From the NCBI RefSeq assembly GCF_030028105.1, contig NC_092384.1, positions 13,031,027-13,095,026 of the forward strand: a stretch of 64,000 bases of DNA, in the 5' to 3' direction. Of this stretch, positions 35,531-47,300 are shown piece after piece; position 1 is the stretch's first letter; each line of letters starts with the position of its first letter. This stretch comes from Mobula birostris. Taxonomy: Eukaryota. Position numbers and translations under genes: made by a program. A model generated the notes under the pieces. That model was not told the origin of the DNA and made no database searches. It saw only the letters and a list, made by a program, of their open reading frames with translations.

Positions 35531-35914
35531 GTAAGAGTCTTTATAGCGAGAAATCCATATTTTCAGTCCCATACCAAGTAAATATTGGACATTAAATGAA
35601 AATCGTGTAACTCAACAAAAATTCCGTAGCGCTGAATTCATCTTATTCATTGAAAAGTATATTGTGAAGCATACAAGTGGAATAATAGAATTTTAAAAAA
35701 ACGTTCAAGTATGACTTCGTCATATCTGCAATATATATGTTGAATCGAAGCCACACTTTGTGCTGAATATTACAAAATGAATCACAGAATTAACTTTAAT
35801 TTAAATGATGTGACAATATTATCTGGCACCTAACGCAATCTTAACTGTAAACGTAGATAAAGTACCAAGATATGCTGGAAGTAATAAGCAGATCGGCCTG
35901 CATCTATGGAGCCA

Positions 35915-35970
35915 GACACACACAAAACACACACACACACACACCACATACATTCACACATACACACACC
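35915..35970. repeat. Imperfect (CA)n microsatellite
   Basis: Direct reading. Confidence 0.8.
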
Positions 35971-36117
35971 CATGCTTTTTGATTGTTTTATTTTAACTTC
36001 AGCTTGGAGTAGAATTGTCCATTCGCATTCTACAATTCTGCACTTCTATCTGCGTTTATCCTCGTGATATTGGAAAGAGCTTTTCATCCAAAACACTATA
36101 ACTCCTGTGTATTTCCA

Positions 36118-37212
36118 TTCATCATCAGGTGCCTTGCCGTTCGACGGGGGCGATCACGTCTCTCCATCCATCACGGGCTCTGACACTCCGAATTGAATTT
36201 GTTGCCTCCCCTGTTTCTAACCATGATATTAATCCATCTATCATTTTCATTCTGTCTGTCTCTGCTTTTTCCTTCCAGCTGTAACTAAATGTCCTAATGT
36301 CTCTTTTCGCATGATGTGTCCAAAGAATTTTGATTGCTGTTTTCTGATTTTTTTAAGTAATGTACGTTTTGTTTTCGTTCTCTGTAGAACTTCTTCGTTG
36401 GTTATCCCGTCCGTATATGATATGCATAGCATTCTTCTAAGGAACCACATCTCTGCAGCATTGATTCTTTTTTCCATTGCATTTGTGATGGTCGATGACC
36501 CTCAGCCATACATCAATATAGGAAGAATGTAGCAGCTGAGAGTTCTAAGGCGGATATCAATTGCTATTTTCTCATAAGATGTTTCTCATTTCTGTAAATG
36601 CTGTTCTTGCCATTGCTATTCTTGCTTTTATGTCTGTTTCGCATTTGCCATCAGATGTTACCCATGATCCAAGGTAATTGAAGTTGTGGACTTGCTTCAG
36701 GATTTCATTTCCCAATACGATCCTACAGCTTGTGATATCAGGTTTCTTTGGTATTGCCATTACTTCAGTTTTCTTTTTGTTTAAGGTTAGGCCAAGTCTT
36801 TCGCACTCTGTGTTGATGGTAATACTAGTTTCTGTAAATTTACTTCACTGGTTGCTCTCAGTACTGTATCATCCGCATAACAGAGGTTGTTGATATTGTA
36901 TCCTCCTATACTAATTCCAGGTGGGTCTTGTGTGGTTCTCATGATGTTTTCTCTGTACAGGGAGAGCAGGTCTGGTGATGGAACACAACCCTGTCTGACA
37001 CCTCGCTTTATTGGTTGATATTCACCAATCTCGTTTTCCATCCGTATGGATACACTTTGTTGCCAGTAGAGATTCTTGATTATTCTTAGATCTTTTCCGT
37101 CGATATTAATATCCTTAAACATTTTGATGATGACTTGGTGTTTCACTGTGTCAAAGCCTTTTGTGTAGTCAATGAAACAGAGGTATAGGTCTTGTTGTAG
37201 TTCTATTGACCT
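36118..37212 (-). mobile_element. RTE-clade (BovB-like) LINE, 5'-truncated, in intron 2
   Basis: FIDYTK.FDTVKH; KRGVRQGC..SPDL..LY.E; INNLCYADDTVL; RINAAEMWFLRRML.IS; FFGHIMRKE; tail ending TGATGA. Confidence 0.9.
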
Positions 37213-37511
37213 TTATTTCCATTATGTAACATTAAAAGGCAATTGTTCCATTTCAGCAAGATAGATTTATCAAATCTCCCACAATGTAATGTATAGCACC
37301 ATTCCTACTTTAGGAGCACTGCTTCAAATCACGAATCCAATATTTTGTTAAATGTCTAGACAAGGACAAATACATGTTGTATCTGTTGAAGAAGAAACCG
37401 AGTTCGTTCTTTTCTGCGTTTGTGTTTCTCTAACTTATATGTCCATGGACAACCGTACAGTCCTGTCAATTTACGCAGGAAAATTTTGCGTTACTAACAG
37501 ACTATACAGAA

Positions 37512-37561
37512 GAAAGTGAAGGAGTGGCAGAATACGTGTACGGAGTTCCGCTTTCACTTTT
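37512..37561. promoter_or_regulatory. Inverted pair of IRF-element-like motifs in intron 2
   Basis: GAAAGTGAA at 37512-37520 and GCTTTCACTTTT at 37550-37561 (AAAAGTGAAAGC on the minus strand, matching the IRF-E consensus). Confidence 0.35.
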
Positions 37562-38016
37562 GTCCCTTTATTTCAATGGATGCGATGTTCCATACAATAC
37601 ACGTTTGCGTGCATTACACTTTCATGCCATTAGGAGTATCAAGCGCTCAGATCGTTTTCGGAAGAAAAGCTTGCCCGAACTTACAACACCATCCCAGGCA
37701 CAAATATGCTGCCTAAACAATTGTGAGAGCCCGACTTCCATCCATTTGCATCCTAACACGTGCCTGTAGATAACGGCAATTTTTCACACATTTTGGTCCT
37801 TGAAGTTAAGAAGATATTTAACGTCAACTCAGATCGCATGCTGCATCTGGCATTCCCACAGAGCTGCGACCCAGAGCTCGAAAGTTACCATTTCTTACCA
37901 GATTCGTATTCTTTGAGTATTGCTTGAAATCATTCTTTTAGATTCCCGTAGAGTAGTTTAGAAACCAGGAATAAACTAAAAAAGGTTAAAACCACAGTGC
38001 GGTAACTTGTCATAAT

Positions 38017-38522
38017 TGTTATGGTCCGGTCCGTGAAGTCCGCATTCCGGTTTACGGTCCTGTCCGTGGAGTCAGGACTCCAGGTCTTCCACTGTCCCTT
38101 GTTTTGATTGAGTCAATCATAGGCACTTGATTGCCATCTTTGAGCTTGGAATATAAGTAGCCTTGGGGTCGACTGTGGGCTGCTGGTATGTCTTGTCAAG
38201 ATTTCCTGGGAGTAACCTGCCGGGGAGAGGCTAGAGCGGCCACCTGCCACCTGCAAGCCGTGTTGGAGAACCATCGCTTCATGGAGCCTTGCTGTTGGTA
38301 GTCGGAACTGTCGTTGCTGTATGGATTCGGCTGTTTCCCGGGCCAGCTGAGTGGCTGCCAGCCACTCAGAGCTAGGTAGGGATCCGGCTGTTTCCGTAGC
38401 TAGCTGAGGTTGCTGGCCGAACTGAGACTCGGAGCTACCCCAATGCAGAGATGGAACTGTCTGACGTTCTTCAGTGTCTGTGTCTTGCATTTGGGTCCGT
38501 TCCCAACGCCCCCATTGTGACA
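38017..38522 (+). mobile_element. Solo LTR with perfect 5-bp TSD, in intron 2
   Basis: TGTTATGG...TGTGACA termini with ATAAT on both sides (38012-38016 and 38523-38527). TATA-like AATATAAG. Confidence 0.88.
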
Positions 38523-38612
38523 ATAATAGCAATAGACATTCTCATGCGAAATAAACAAGCAGATATTCAATGCAAAAAAACCAAAATAACGAATATATCT
38601 TTTCTATTAAAG

Positions 38613-38897
38613 CTTCCCCTATACCCTTGAAAATAGTTCCCGTTGAAGGAACCTCGTTGCGTTCTCAAAGACTAGAATGCAAAACGTCTGCGTTTTATCC
38701 GGAAAAAATTGAAATCTCCTGGCGAAGAAATAATGAGGAAATACTGAACGGAATAGAAATTGTGAAAAACAGGAGTGAGGAAGGGTTGTATGAAGCTTCC
38801 AGTTTTTTGGAAGAAACCAAACCTGCTGTTTACACCTGCTTGGTATCACATGCCACGCTCACGGTACCGGCGGCGCTCAGCTACATCATCAAAAAAG
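38613..38897 (+). CDS. Exon 3: C1-set Ig domain
   Basis: Acceptor TTTTCTATTAAAG, donor G|GTAAGG, 285 nt, phase 1-1. CKTSAFYPEKIEISW...GLYEASSFL...YTCLVSH (C1 signature CxxxxFYP...W...YxCxVxH). Confidence 0.95.
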
Positions 38898-39144
38898 GTA
38901 AGGCTGCAAGCAGTTGTAACAGGGATCGTTTTTGCAGGTTCAACAAGATTAGGATGGATATCGACAGTATTTCATACGAACTAAGAATAGAGCTAAGAAA
39001 TAAGAATTCTTAGAAACTAAGAATTTTGTATATATATACTAAACTGTATTTATTCATATGAAAGAAGAATGTACAAGATACATAGTAGCGAATATATCAT
39101 GTAGGGCACAGAGTTGTTGCTATTTTCCTAAATGTATTTCTTTG

Positions 39145-39252
39145 TATGGGCTATGGGTAAGCCTAGTAATTTCTAAGGTAGGGACATGTTCAGCACAACT
39201 TTGTGTGCCGAAGGGCCTGTATTGTGCTGTGGGTTTTCTATGTTTCTATGTT
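39145..39252 (+). mobile_element. Short CR1 3' tail in intron 3
   Basis: GGGCTATGGGTAA.CCTAGTAATTTCTAAGGTAGGGACATGTTC.GCACAACTTTGTG.GCCGAAGGGCCTG, as at 18840-18945. Confidence 0.8.
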
Positions 39253-39289
39253 ATGCACTTCACATTTGCTTATTTCTCTCTTGAATAAG

Positions 39290-39386
39290 ATGCAGATAAA
39301 ATCCTGATTATCGGATGTGCTGTGGGTGGATTGGTAATTTTAGTCCTGACAGTAATTTTGGTGACTCAGAAGAACAAATCGACATG
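39290..39386 (+). CDS. Exon 4: transmembrane segment and start of cytoplasmic tail
   Basis: Pyrimidine tract then ...ATAAG acceptor, donor TG|GTAAGA, 97 nt, phase 1-2. DADKILIIGCAVGGLVILVLTVILVTQKNKST. An alternative in-frame acceptor exists at 39296. Confidence 0.85.
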
Positions 39387-42019
39387 GTAAGAATTGCTTA
39401 CGGTTTCCAATGCTTTCGTTTCTAGCTTGTTGTTTCCAAATGACACGATAACAGCGCTTAACAAAATTAAATATTAGAACGAAACGGGCCTAACTTGTAT
39501 CATGTCCCTGACAAATTAATCAGATGCCTGGTAATAAACCTAAATCATCAAATACAAATATTTTATTCAACAAACAACCATATGTTGTTGGTTATGTTTT
39601 ACAACTTGTTATTATATCATTGCAGCTCCATATATTAAAATATGAATAGGTCATCACTTTCTGTTCTCAAATCAGTTGATAGCTAATTGCCGACCGATAA
39701 ATATTCCCTCGTTAAATTCCCATTATAATTTTGAATATATAACATGGCTGCGGTGACATCAGCCATTTACATTTTCATTCAAATTCAAGATCTAATCGAA
39801 ATCGGCAAAGGGGATATAATTCACGAAACGAGAGGGCGAACGTAATCCACAAAATACAATATTGAAATAACGGGTATTGCTACACACCTCCATAAAGTAC
39901 TTTCAGACGATCTTACTTTGGATAATAAAATCGATTTCATCACGATATGATGTTCATCCTATTGATTTATGGCTGTTTTTCCCCTTTCCTTTCGAAGTAA
40001 GTATAACTCTTTGGTATGAGGCGAGAAGCAAATTTAGGGAGAAGAAACTGATTTTTCTTGGTTTCTGAAGATGGTAGACTGGTAAAAGAAGCAAATATCA
40101 TGTTAATTCATTAGAATTTTAGAACTTCGCTGGACAGAAAGAAGCCAGATTGACTGCATTTACTGTTTATTTGCAAAATACATACAATGAGCATTTCAAC
40201 TTTCCTCGTAAATCAGCGTTGAGCATTCATTCAGGAATATAAATGGCTCATAAGTTTTAAATGCTTGTGAAAAGATGTGGAGCGTGGATCTTAAAGGGGA
40301 GCTTTTGCATGTATTCGTGGATAGTCAGGAATGTTTTAAATACTTGACATGCCGATTCCAAACATTTTACAATAGTGTAAATCCTATGATATTTTGGGAC
40401 ATTAACTGCAAAGTTCAAACATCTACGTGTCCGGAAGTGAAAACAGGTTATATATTCCCTTTCACCCTTTTGGCCCTTTTCCATAGTTAGCAATATTTTT
40501 GCCTTACTTTGGATCTATGCTTGATGATGATTGATGATTTCATTAAAATTAACTTTAAAATTAAAAAGGGGAAATTTCAATCTAGATAGCTCCATAAATT
40601 GCGTTGCAAGATTATGACCACCTGATAATACCTCTAAAGATGCAAAAGTACCTCGCCTTCAGGTTACTCACCTAAAGACTGAAGTGACTGCAAAACAGGA
40701 CGATCTGAGACGCAGGGAACAAAGATTTAGCTTTCAATTATTAAGTATGGGGTGTCAGCTTTTGCTCGAACTCCATTTCCTAGAATTTCTTACCAGTACT
40801 CGCACAAGCTCACTGTAAAACCCGTGGACACAGCAACTTGACCGTCGCCGATCCTTAAAATGATCATTTGCAACATTAGTATCTCAATGCGTCGGTTGCA
40901 TAAAGGCTGCTTTGATCATAGCATTCAGCTGCTCACTTAATTACTTTGTATTAACGTTCATATGAAAGGTTGGATGTCAAAATGAGAACGAGTATTGTTT
41001 TGTGGGCTAGGACCTTAGCAAAGTATTACAGCAGGAAAGTGAAATCAGAAAAAGGAAGTATTTAAAAAGGACAAAAGATATGGTTAGTGCATCGCTGATT
41101 ATCTGAGAATACACGTATTGCCATTTTGTTTCAAGTACAATTGCCTCTGTAATCACTGCATGATAAAGTAATGAACGATGTGATTTACTTTTACAGACCA
41201 CAAGACATGAAATTAACAAATTGGTTTAGGCCACTATGCATCTTCCCAGTTCCAGCAACGCATCAGCATTTATCGAGAAAGACGAACGAATGCAGATTTT
41301 AAATAAGGCGAGAAGCTGATAATCGAAGCAATCTTCCATAACGTGAACTATGAACAAACGCAGGCCCAATAAATTGCTAGCTTCATTTAAATGTAGTTGT
41401 GGTTAAGAAGGATAATGGAGGATTTTGAAGTGTCTCTTAAGCCTTCCTTGAGCTGATTCTTGGGCGGAAATGCCCGCCGGCAAATGAGTAATCACCATTC
41501 AGTGCTGAAAATGTGGACAAAAATGCCAGTTGAAACGGAGAAAAGCAAAGCTTTGTTTTTGTCCCTTTACATTGTTTTAAATGTGAATGGTATCGCTGGC
41601 AGCATGTTTGTCAAAAATTATCGGCGTTTTCTTGTCAAATTTATTTCTTAATGGTGACAACAAAATGGCAACTTATTCAAATTTTGAGACAATCAAAATG
41701 TCCTTGAATAATCGACATATGCTGTAATGCAGCAGGAAATTTCAAGTTGCATTCCTGGCCCATTATTGCAAATGAATTCTTCAGGTTTGCTTAATCACGT
41801 GTTCCACCCTAGATGGAAGGTGAAGGCCGGTTGTTCAAATTCATAATCGTTAAAAAAGAAATGGCCTTTAGGTACCAGCTCATCAACGAGCAACTCATTA
41901 GGAAATGGTGTTTCTCCGGTAAAGTCTGCTCTACATCTAAATGAGCGGCTGTCAGCAGAGAATGTGAATTCGCATCCATACATACATTATAATCGCGTGT
42001 TATCTTTACTAACTACCAC

Positions 42020-42530
42020 TGAGGTATCTAATAAAGTAGCCACGGAATATATTTTTGTATGTTCGAGATCTTTTGCTGTTGTAGACCATCCACATCGACG
42101 TGTTGTACGTTCAGAGATGCTCTTCTGTACACCACTATTGTAATATGTGGTTTCTGTCGACCTCCTGTCAGCTTGAATCAATCTAGCCACTTTCCACTGA
42201 ACTCTTTCAATAACAACACGTTTTCACCCACAAGACAGCCGTTCACTGGGTGCTCTTTTACACACCACTCTCTTTAAGCATGAGAGACTGTTGCGTGTGA
42301 AGATCCCAGGAGAACAGCAGTTTTTGAGATATCCAAATAATCCCGCCTGGCATCAACAATCATTCCACGGTCAAAATTATTTATTCCCCATTCTGGTATT
42401 TGGTCTGAACAACAACTGAACCTCTTGACCATATCTGTACCTTTTTATGCATCGCTTTGCGCCATATGATCGGCTGATTGGATATTTGCATTAACGATCA
42501 GGTGTAAGGGTGTACTTAATAAAATGGCCA
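42020..42530 (-). mobile_element. Second copy of the non-autonomous Tc1-like element
   Basis: Reverse-complement match to 9546-10106 (CTAATAAAGTAGCCAC; GTACTTAATAAAATGGCCA; ORF 41987-42190 MARLIQADRR..T.YYNSGVQKSISERTTR). Confidence 0.78.
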
Positions 42531-43204
42531 ATGCTAATCTACATTTTAGAACTGTGCCGGGAACAGAATAACATGTAGATTTGGGATTCAGACAAAATAT
42601 GGGGGATGTTGAATATGACTAGCTGCAACGAGAGGTTGGAGGTGGCTCAATAGAGAAGACAGTTTACCTTCTGACAAGACAGAGATTCCAATGCCATATC
42701 TGGAACTTTAATGCTCTGCAGACAACAAGAAAAGCAACAAGCAGAAGTAGAGCAACTGGAACATGTTTTGTCACTCAACAAAATTGTGACTGATCTGACT
42801 GTAGATTCAAATCCTTACCCCGCCCACTCTCAGTAACTTAAGAATTCCTGCCTCTGAGTGCAGATTTTATTCAAATCTTTCAAATCGTTCAAAAATATTG
42901 TTTTCAATGTTTTGTTTCAGGAGTTCCAAAGACTTGCGGAACTCTGAGAGCAATTTATTTTTCCTCACATGAGGATATAAGCTTTTCATAGCCACCCTTT
43001 TTAGAACTACCCCCCCCCCTTCACCTCCAGATCACATACATATAAATCAATTCCACTTTTGTTTTTCTAAACTTCAGCGAATGTATACTTAACCGGTCAA
43101 ACATGCCTTATCTGACTACTCGCCCAGTCTATTGATCATTTACATCCACGATCACTCTGAGCTGTTTCCAACGTATTTACAACTTCCCTTAAATTAAAGT
43201 ACAC

Positions 43205-43640
43205 AGTTCAAAGTAAGCTTATTTTCAGAGCACTTATATGTCACCATATACTACCCTGAGATTCATTTACTTGCGGTCGTTCATAATAGAACACAAATGC
43301 AATAGAATCAATGGAAAATTGCATACAAACAGAAAGATAAAGAACCAATGTGCAAAATAAGACAGACTGTGCAAATACACACAAAACAAATATATAGTAA
43401 TCATCATAGATATTTTAGTAAGTAAACAATACTGAGATCATAAGTCATAGGGTACTTGAAAGTGAGTCCATAGTTAGTAAATTCAGTTCACTATTCAGGT
43501 GATTGAAATTATCCTCGCTGATTCAGGAGCCTGATGGTTGAAGGGTAATAATTGTTCCTCAACTTGGTGCTGTGGCATGTAAGCTCCTGTACCTCCTTTC
43601 CGGGGGCTGCAGGGAGAAGAGAGCAAAACTGCTCACGGTG
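43205..43640 (-). mobile_element. Rex1/Babar-type LINE 3' end
   Basis: Homologous to 23061-23690 (GTTCAAAGTAAG.TTATT, CAGGAGCCTGATGGTTGAAGGGTAATAA). Confidence 0.7.
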
Positions 43641-43852
43641 CTCCAGACGTGATGCCATCTGTATAAATGCTCTATTCATCTGAAGTCTTACTTCCTATTT
43701 TTATATTTATTTTCCCTCAAAACCAAAATGATATTCTTTTAACTTTGCAAACTACTTGACGCAGCTTCATAGTAGACTACTGCGAATCATGCATCAGGTC
43801 ATCCATGTCTTAGAGCTTTGCAACCTTCATCATTCAGGTTACACGCTTGTCT

Positions 43853-43921
43853 GGGCCGATAGTGTCGTGGTATCGCATCCATCTTATCGAGAGGTCACAG
43901 GTTCGAATCCTGTCGGCTCCC
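43853..43921 (+). ncRNA. tRNA-like sequence (pseudo-tRNA or SINE head) with intact Pol III boxes and shortened anticodon arm
   Basis: A box TAGTGTCGTGG; B box GGTTCGAATCC; T arm ACAGG-TTCGAAT-CCTGT; acceptor GGGCCG/CGGCTC. The anticodon arm is about 5 nt short and no anticodon can be assigned. Confidence 0.55.
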
Positions 43922-44059
43922 TGCGCACGTTTCAACCGTGCTGGGTCAACATGCAGAGCAGGAACAGAGAAAGACGGTTCCGCCCATCTTGTTTTGTCCA
44001 TCAATAACATCAACGTCGACCTGACTGTGGCCTCAAGTCCTCATTCCTCCGTACGCCAA

Positions 44060-44340
44060 CAATGTCTCTAGTTCAGGTTTACCTTGAATCTAATTGCTCC
44101 ACGAGGCGAGGGAAGAGATTCCTGAGCCTCTGGCTAGGATCTTTATGTCCTCGGGAATGGTACCGGAGGATTGAAGGGAGGGGAATGTTGTCCCATTGCT
44201 CAAAAAAGGAAATAGGGATAGTCCGGGTAATTATAGACCAGTGAGACTTACATCTGTGGTGGGAAAGCTGTTGGAAAAGATTCTTAGAGATAGGATCTAT
44301 GGACATTTGGAGAATCCTGGTCTGATCAGGGACAGTCAAC
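44060..44340 (+). mobile_element. CR1 RT N-terminal fragment
   Basis: ORF 44196: KKGNRDSPGNYRPV.LTSVVGKLLEKILRDRIY.HLE...LIRDSQH. Confidence 0.88.
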
Positions 44341-47300
44341 ATTATTTGACAATATTTGACCGTCATAAAGGTCAAATTGAGTTCCTTTTCCCAATCTTGT
44401 TTAATCTTAAATAAAGGATGCTTATCCCATTGTAATAAAAAAATATAAATTCTTCCAACAGAACCCTTCATCGAAGGGTTCGTACTTATAATAGTGTCTA
44501 ACAGGTCAGCATCCAATATGTCAGCAAAATTACTTAAATATTTTCTGTAAAAAATTGTCTAACTTGAAGGTATTGTAAAAAGTGTGAGTATGAAAGAGAA
44601 TATTTATCAACTAATTGTTCAAAAGACATCAATCTATCTTCTTTAAATAAATCCAAAAAAGAATTAATACATTTATTTTTCCAAAGTAAACAACTGGATC
44701 CTTAAAGAGGCTTAAAAAAGTAATTCCGATAAATTAAACTAAAAAGTTTAAATTTTTTAAGATTAAAAAAATTGCAGAACTGGAGCCAAATTCATAAAGA
44801 ATGCTTAATCATAGGGTATAGGTTTAAATTAGCAACTTTAGCTAATTGTATAGGTAAAGCAACTCCCAATAACGAGGTTGAATAAAGCTGTTTCACAGCT
44901 TTCAATTCCAGGTCTACCCAAATTGGCCGATCATTCTTATCAACCCATTCTAACCAAAAGGACATGGATCGCACATTAACAGCCCAGTAATACATTCTTA
45001 AATTAGGCAAAGTGAGACCTCTATCCTTTTTCAGCTTTTGTAAGTGACATTTACTAATTCTTGGTCTTTTATTATTCCAAATAAAAGATAAAATAATAGA
45101 ATCAATCTGATCGAAAAACTTCTTAGTCAAAAAACAGGGAAATTCTGAAATAAATATTAAAAAAATTGGTAAAATCATCATTTTGACTATATGGATATGA
45201 CCAACAAGTGAAAATGTAAGTGGACTCCATCTACTAAATAAATAATTCATAGAGTCTACCAAGGGAAAGAAATTGGCTTTATAAAGATCCTTTTTTTTTA
45301 GTGATTATAACACCTAAATATCTAAAAGAATCCGTGACTTTGAAAGGAGTATTATCATATATAGAGACAGATTCATTTAAAGGAAACAATTCACTTATAC
45401 TAAAATTTATTTTATATCCTGAAAAATCTCCAAATTCATTGAATAATTTTACCAAGGCAGGAATAGATTTCTCGGGATTAGATATATAAACCAATAAATC
45501 GTCAGCGTAAAGAGAAAGCTTATGAATGGTCTCATTCACAAAACTCCCTTGAATATTTTTAGCTTTACGTACAGCAATATCAAGGGGTTCTAATATTAAA
45601 TTAAATAACAAAGGACTTAATGGACAACCTTGTCTCGTCCCCCGTGAAAGCTGAAAAAAGGAGACCTACAGTTGTTAGTGACAACAGTAGCAATAGGAGC
45701 TTTATATATCATTCTAATCCAATTATTAGTATTAACACCAAAGCCAAATTTCTCTAAAACATTAAATAAATATTTCCATTCGACTCGATCGAACGTTTTT
45801 ACAGCATCCAAAGAGACGGCGCATTGTGGAGTTTTAAAAGAGGACTAATATATAACCTTAAATAGTTTCCCAACATTTGAAAAAGAATAACGACCCTTTA
45901 TAAAGCCTGTTTGATCATTAAAAGTTATTTTACCCAAAATATTCTCTGACCAATTGGCCATTACCTTTGACATAATCTTAGCATCGACATTCAGTCCTGA
46001 AATAGATCCACATGAGGCATAGTCAATAGGATCTTCATCCTTTTTATTAATTAAAGAAATAGAAGCCTCATAGAAAGTAGAGGGTAAATCACCTTTCACA
46101 AATGAATCCTTAAACATTTCCAACATATACAGAGAAAGAAATGTTCCAAATTTTTTTGTAAAATTCTACAGGATAGCCATCAAGTCCAGGGGACTTAACA
46201 GATTGCATTGAAAAAACAGCTTCATGAATTTCGGTTTCAGTAATTTGGGCATCAAGAGTTTTTTGATCCTCAACAGAAATTTTAGGAAAAGCAATCTTTC
46301 ATAAGGAAGCATTCATTTCAGAAGAATCTACTGGTCATTGAGATTTATAAAGTTCAGTATAAAAGTCTTGAAAAATCTTATTAATTACTTCATATTCCCA
46401 AGCCAGGGTACCATCTTTCCTACGAATTTTCAAAATTTGCCTTTTGGCTCTAGCTGTTTTTAATTGAGATGTTTATTATTTTTGTCTACAAACATATAAA
46501 ATTGGCCCTTTAACTTCAGCAAATCGCATTCAATGGGATGAGTTAATACTAGATTATATTGTGATTGAAGTTCCACCCTTTGTTTGAATAAATCAATATT
46601 AGGGGAAATTGCATAAATATTATCTAAGTCTTTAATTTGTTTTGAAATCTTATCTAATTCTGCATTAGTCTGTTTTTTAAGCTTAGCTGAATAAGAAATG
46701 AACAGACCACGTAAAAATGCTTTAAATGCTATATAATTAATTTGGACGTACCCCCTGTATCATTAAAAAGAAAAAAATCTTTTATCTAGGTTTCAATGAA
46801 ACAGACAAGGTCGGAGTTTTGCAGTAATGTCTGAGACATGCACCATGGTGGACGGCCAAGAATTACATCATCAAATTCAAGACAAGCTCAAAGGCACATG
46901 ATAAGATATAGCAATAGTGTCATATTCACAATTTTTAACACTAGGTAAGAAGCGGGGATCGATTATATAATCCATCCTCGAATAATTTTATAAACATATG
47001 AAAAGAAAGAATATTCTCTGTTATCAGGGTGCAAATACCTTCATAATTCGATCAATCCAAAATCGGTCAAAAAGGAGTTAATAAGTGACGCAGAGCGATT
47101 TGGAAGTCGCTGATTGGTTGAGCTCTTGTCAATCAAAGGATTTAAACAACAGTTAAAATCCACGCTCATTATCAACATATATTCATTTAAATCAGGCGGT
47201 AAAGCAAATACCTTTTTTAAAAAAGAAGGATCATCTAATTTAGGACCATACAGATTGACCAAAACAACTTTTCTGTTGCAGATCACTCCTTTAATAATTA

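Noticed and set aside
35059-35595. 178-aa single-exon ORF as the real protein
   Set aside because: Its ends are intron read-through. Splice sites and a proper leader exon define 35222-35530.
37993-37999. RSS heptamer CACAGTG in the V-C1 intron
   Set aside because: No nonamer at 12 or 23 bp, with or without the LTR insert. V and J are already contiguous, so there is no support for RAG rearrangement.
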